The notes under the pieces were generated by a model that made no database searches, had not been told where the DNA came from, and saw only the letters and a list, made by a program, of their open reading frames with translations. From Lama glama (taxonomy: Eukaryota): a stretch of DNA of 64,000 nt. Below are positions 62,801-64,000 of this stretch, piece by piece. Numbering within the stretch: position 1 is the stretch's first letter; each line of letters starts with the position of its first letter. The stretch is from positions 92,072,001 through 92,136,000 of the forward strand of contig CM052816.1 in NCBI GenBank assembly GCA_028534125.1, in the 5' to 3' direction. A program made the position numbers and the translations under genes.

Positions 62801-63780
62801 CAGTGTTCATACTTTCTTATATGCTTTTAGAATAATGACTTCCCTTCCTTAATTGTTACCTTCCCAACAAGATGCTCAGTTTCCCTGGGGCAGAGCATGT
62901 CTTTTCCTTCTTTGTGGCCAGTCTTAAGATTTATTGTCACAGCAGTGAGATAAATACAAGAAACAAGAGTAAGTACTTAGAGATTTTTATAGCAATTTTC
63001 TATTTCTATACCATCCAAGGGTGCGATCTGTGGGGTCACCTTGTGAACAGGTATGGAGTATTTGGGGGACGGTCAAACTTTCGTGATGAGTCATAGGTGG
63101 CATGAACCGCCTACTAGTCATGTGCAGGATGACCAAGTATCAGATGTGGACAGGTTAGAAATTTCATTAAAGGAGATTCCACCCCAGATAAACTCAAAAT
63201 CCCTGCTGTAGAGCATCTCAAACAATTCTGGATGTGCAAGTGATGTGCACAGTAATTACACTTAATGTTTTGTTTTCTTAGACACCTTAGGATAAATATG
63301 TAGTCAGATCAGTAGACTGACTGATACCCATTTTTATTTGGCATTGATTTTTACACAGATTAATTCCGTGATGGATTATACTCAGATTTACTTTGGTTCA
63401 ATCATGCACCAGGATTTAGATATGTAAGCTTTACATGATGGAGGCTAAAATAAAAACTGACAAAATCTGACATGCTAAAAGAATCTGGAGGCACTGACAA
63501 TTTTCCCCAATCCTTCCTTTCTGATTTAATCTATCTATACCACACAGTCCTTTTCAGATTTGATCTCTGAGTAGATCTCAAAATAATGTTCCTGCTTGCT
63601 TGTCCCTTTTTCTTTACTACAAATCTCAGAAGGAAATAAAACATTTTGAGATCCTAATCGGCTATCATGGTCCTATCCCCAGGGATGAGAGCAAATAAAA
63701 TAAAGCCAGAGATTCATTAAACTCATTTTTGAGTCATCTACGATGTCTCAGATCTAGTTATGATAGAGTTGTTCTATGTA

Positions 63781-64000
63781 CAAGCATCCCCCATTTTATC
63801 ATGCTTCACAGATACTGTGTTCTTTACAAATTGAAGGTTTGGGGCAAGTCTATCAGCACCATTTTTCCAACAACATTTGTTTCTTTGTCTCTGAGTTACA
63901 TTTTGGTTATTCTCACAATGTTTCAAGCTTTTTCGTTGTTATTAGATTTGTTTTGGTGATCTATGATCAGTGACCTTTGATGTGACTATTGTCATTGTTT
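63781..64000 (+). mobile_element. Tigger1 DNA transposon 5' end, running off the window
   Basis: Preceded by TA; caagcatccc...gcttcacagatactgtgttctttacaaattgaaggttt...gcaagtctatcagcaccatttttccaac...gtgatctatgatcagtga. Confidence 0.92.

Noticed and set aside
1..64000. Non-retroviral endogenous viral element or processed pseudogene
   Set aside because: I recognised no viral or cellular protein in the ORF track, and every poly-A/TSD unit I found is L1-associated; a BLASTx of the repeat-masked window would be decisive.

Overview
This is non-coding, CpG-depleted, repeat-dense placental-mammal DNA with no supportable protein-coding gene, tRNA, rRNA or CRISPR array. A large part of the window is recognisable transposon debris: L1 (old L1M-type copies plus many young, very short 3' ends), L2, CR1/L3, MIR, MaLR (MLT1) LTRs, ERVL and ERV1 LTRs, and hAT/Tigger DNA transposons, often nested. 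I saw no lineage-specific tRNA- or 7SL-derived SINE, and the young L1 3' ends suggest a camelid genome (inference). The most interesting structure is a young L1 insertion (59872-60790) inside an ERV1-type LTR. It has a perfect 20-bp target-site duplication, lacks the normal L1 polyadenylation end, and carries two stacked AATAAA+poly(A) segments, which looks like serial 3' transduction. Other leads are a double insertion at one site (6127-6502), an endonuclease-deleted L1 with an intact 5' end, and low-confidence exon, microexon and enhancer candidates in repeat-free islands. I found no evidence for a novel multi-gene system. Repeat family names come from recalled consensus similarity, not from a database search, and boundaries are approximate unless a TSD is given.
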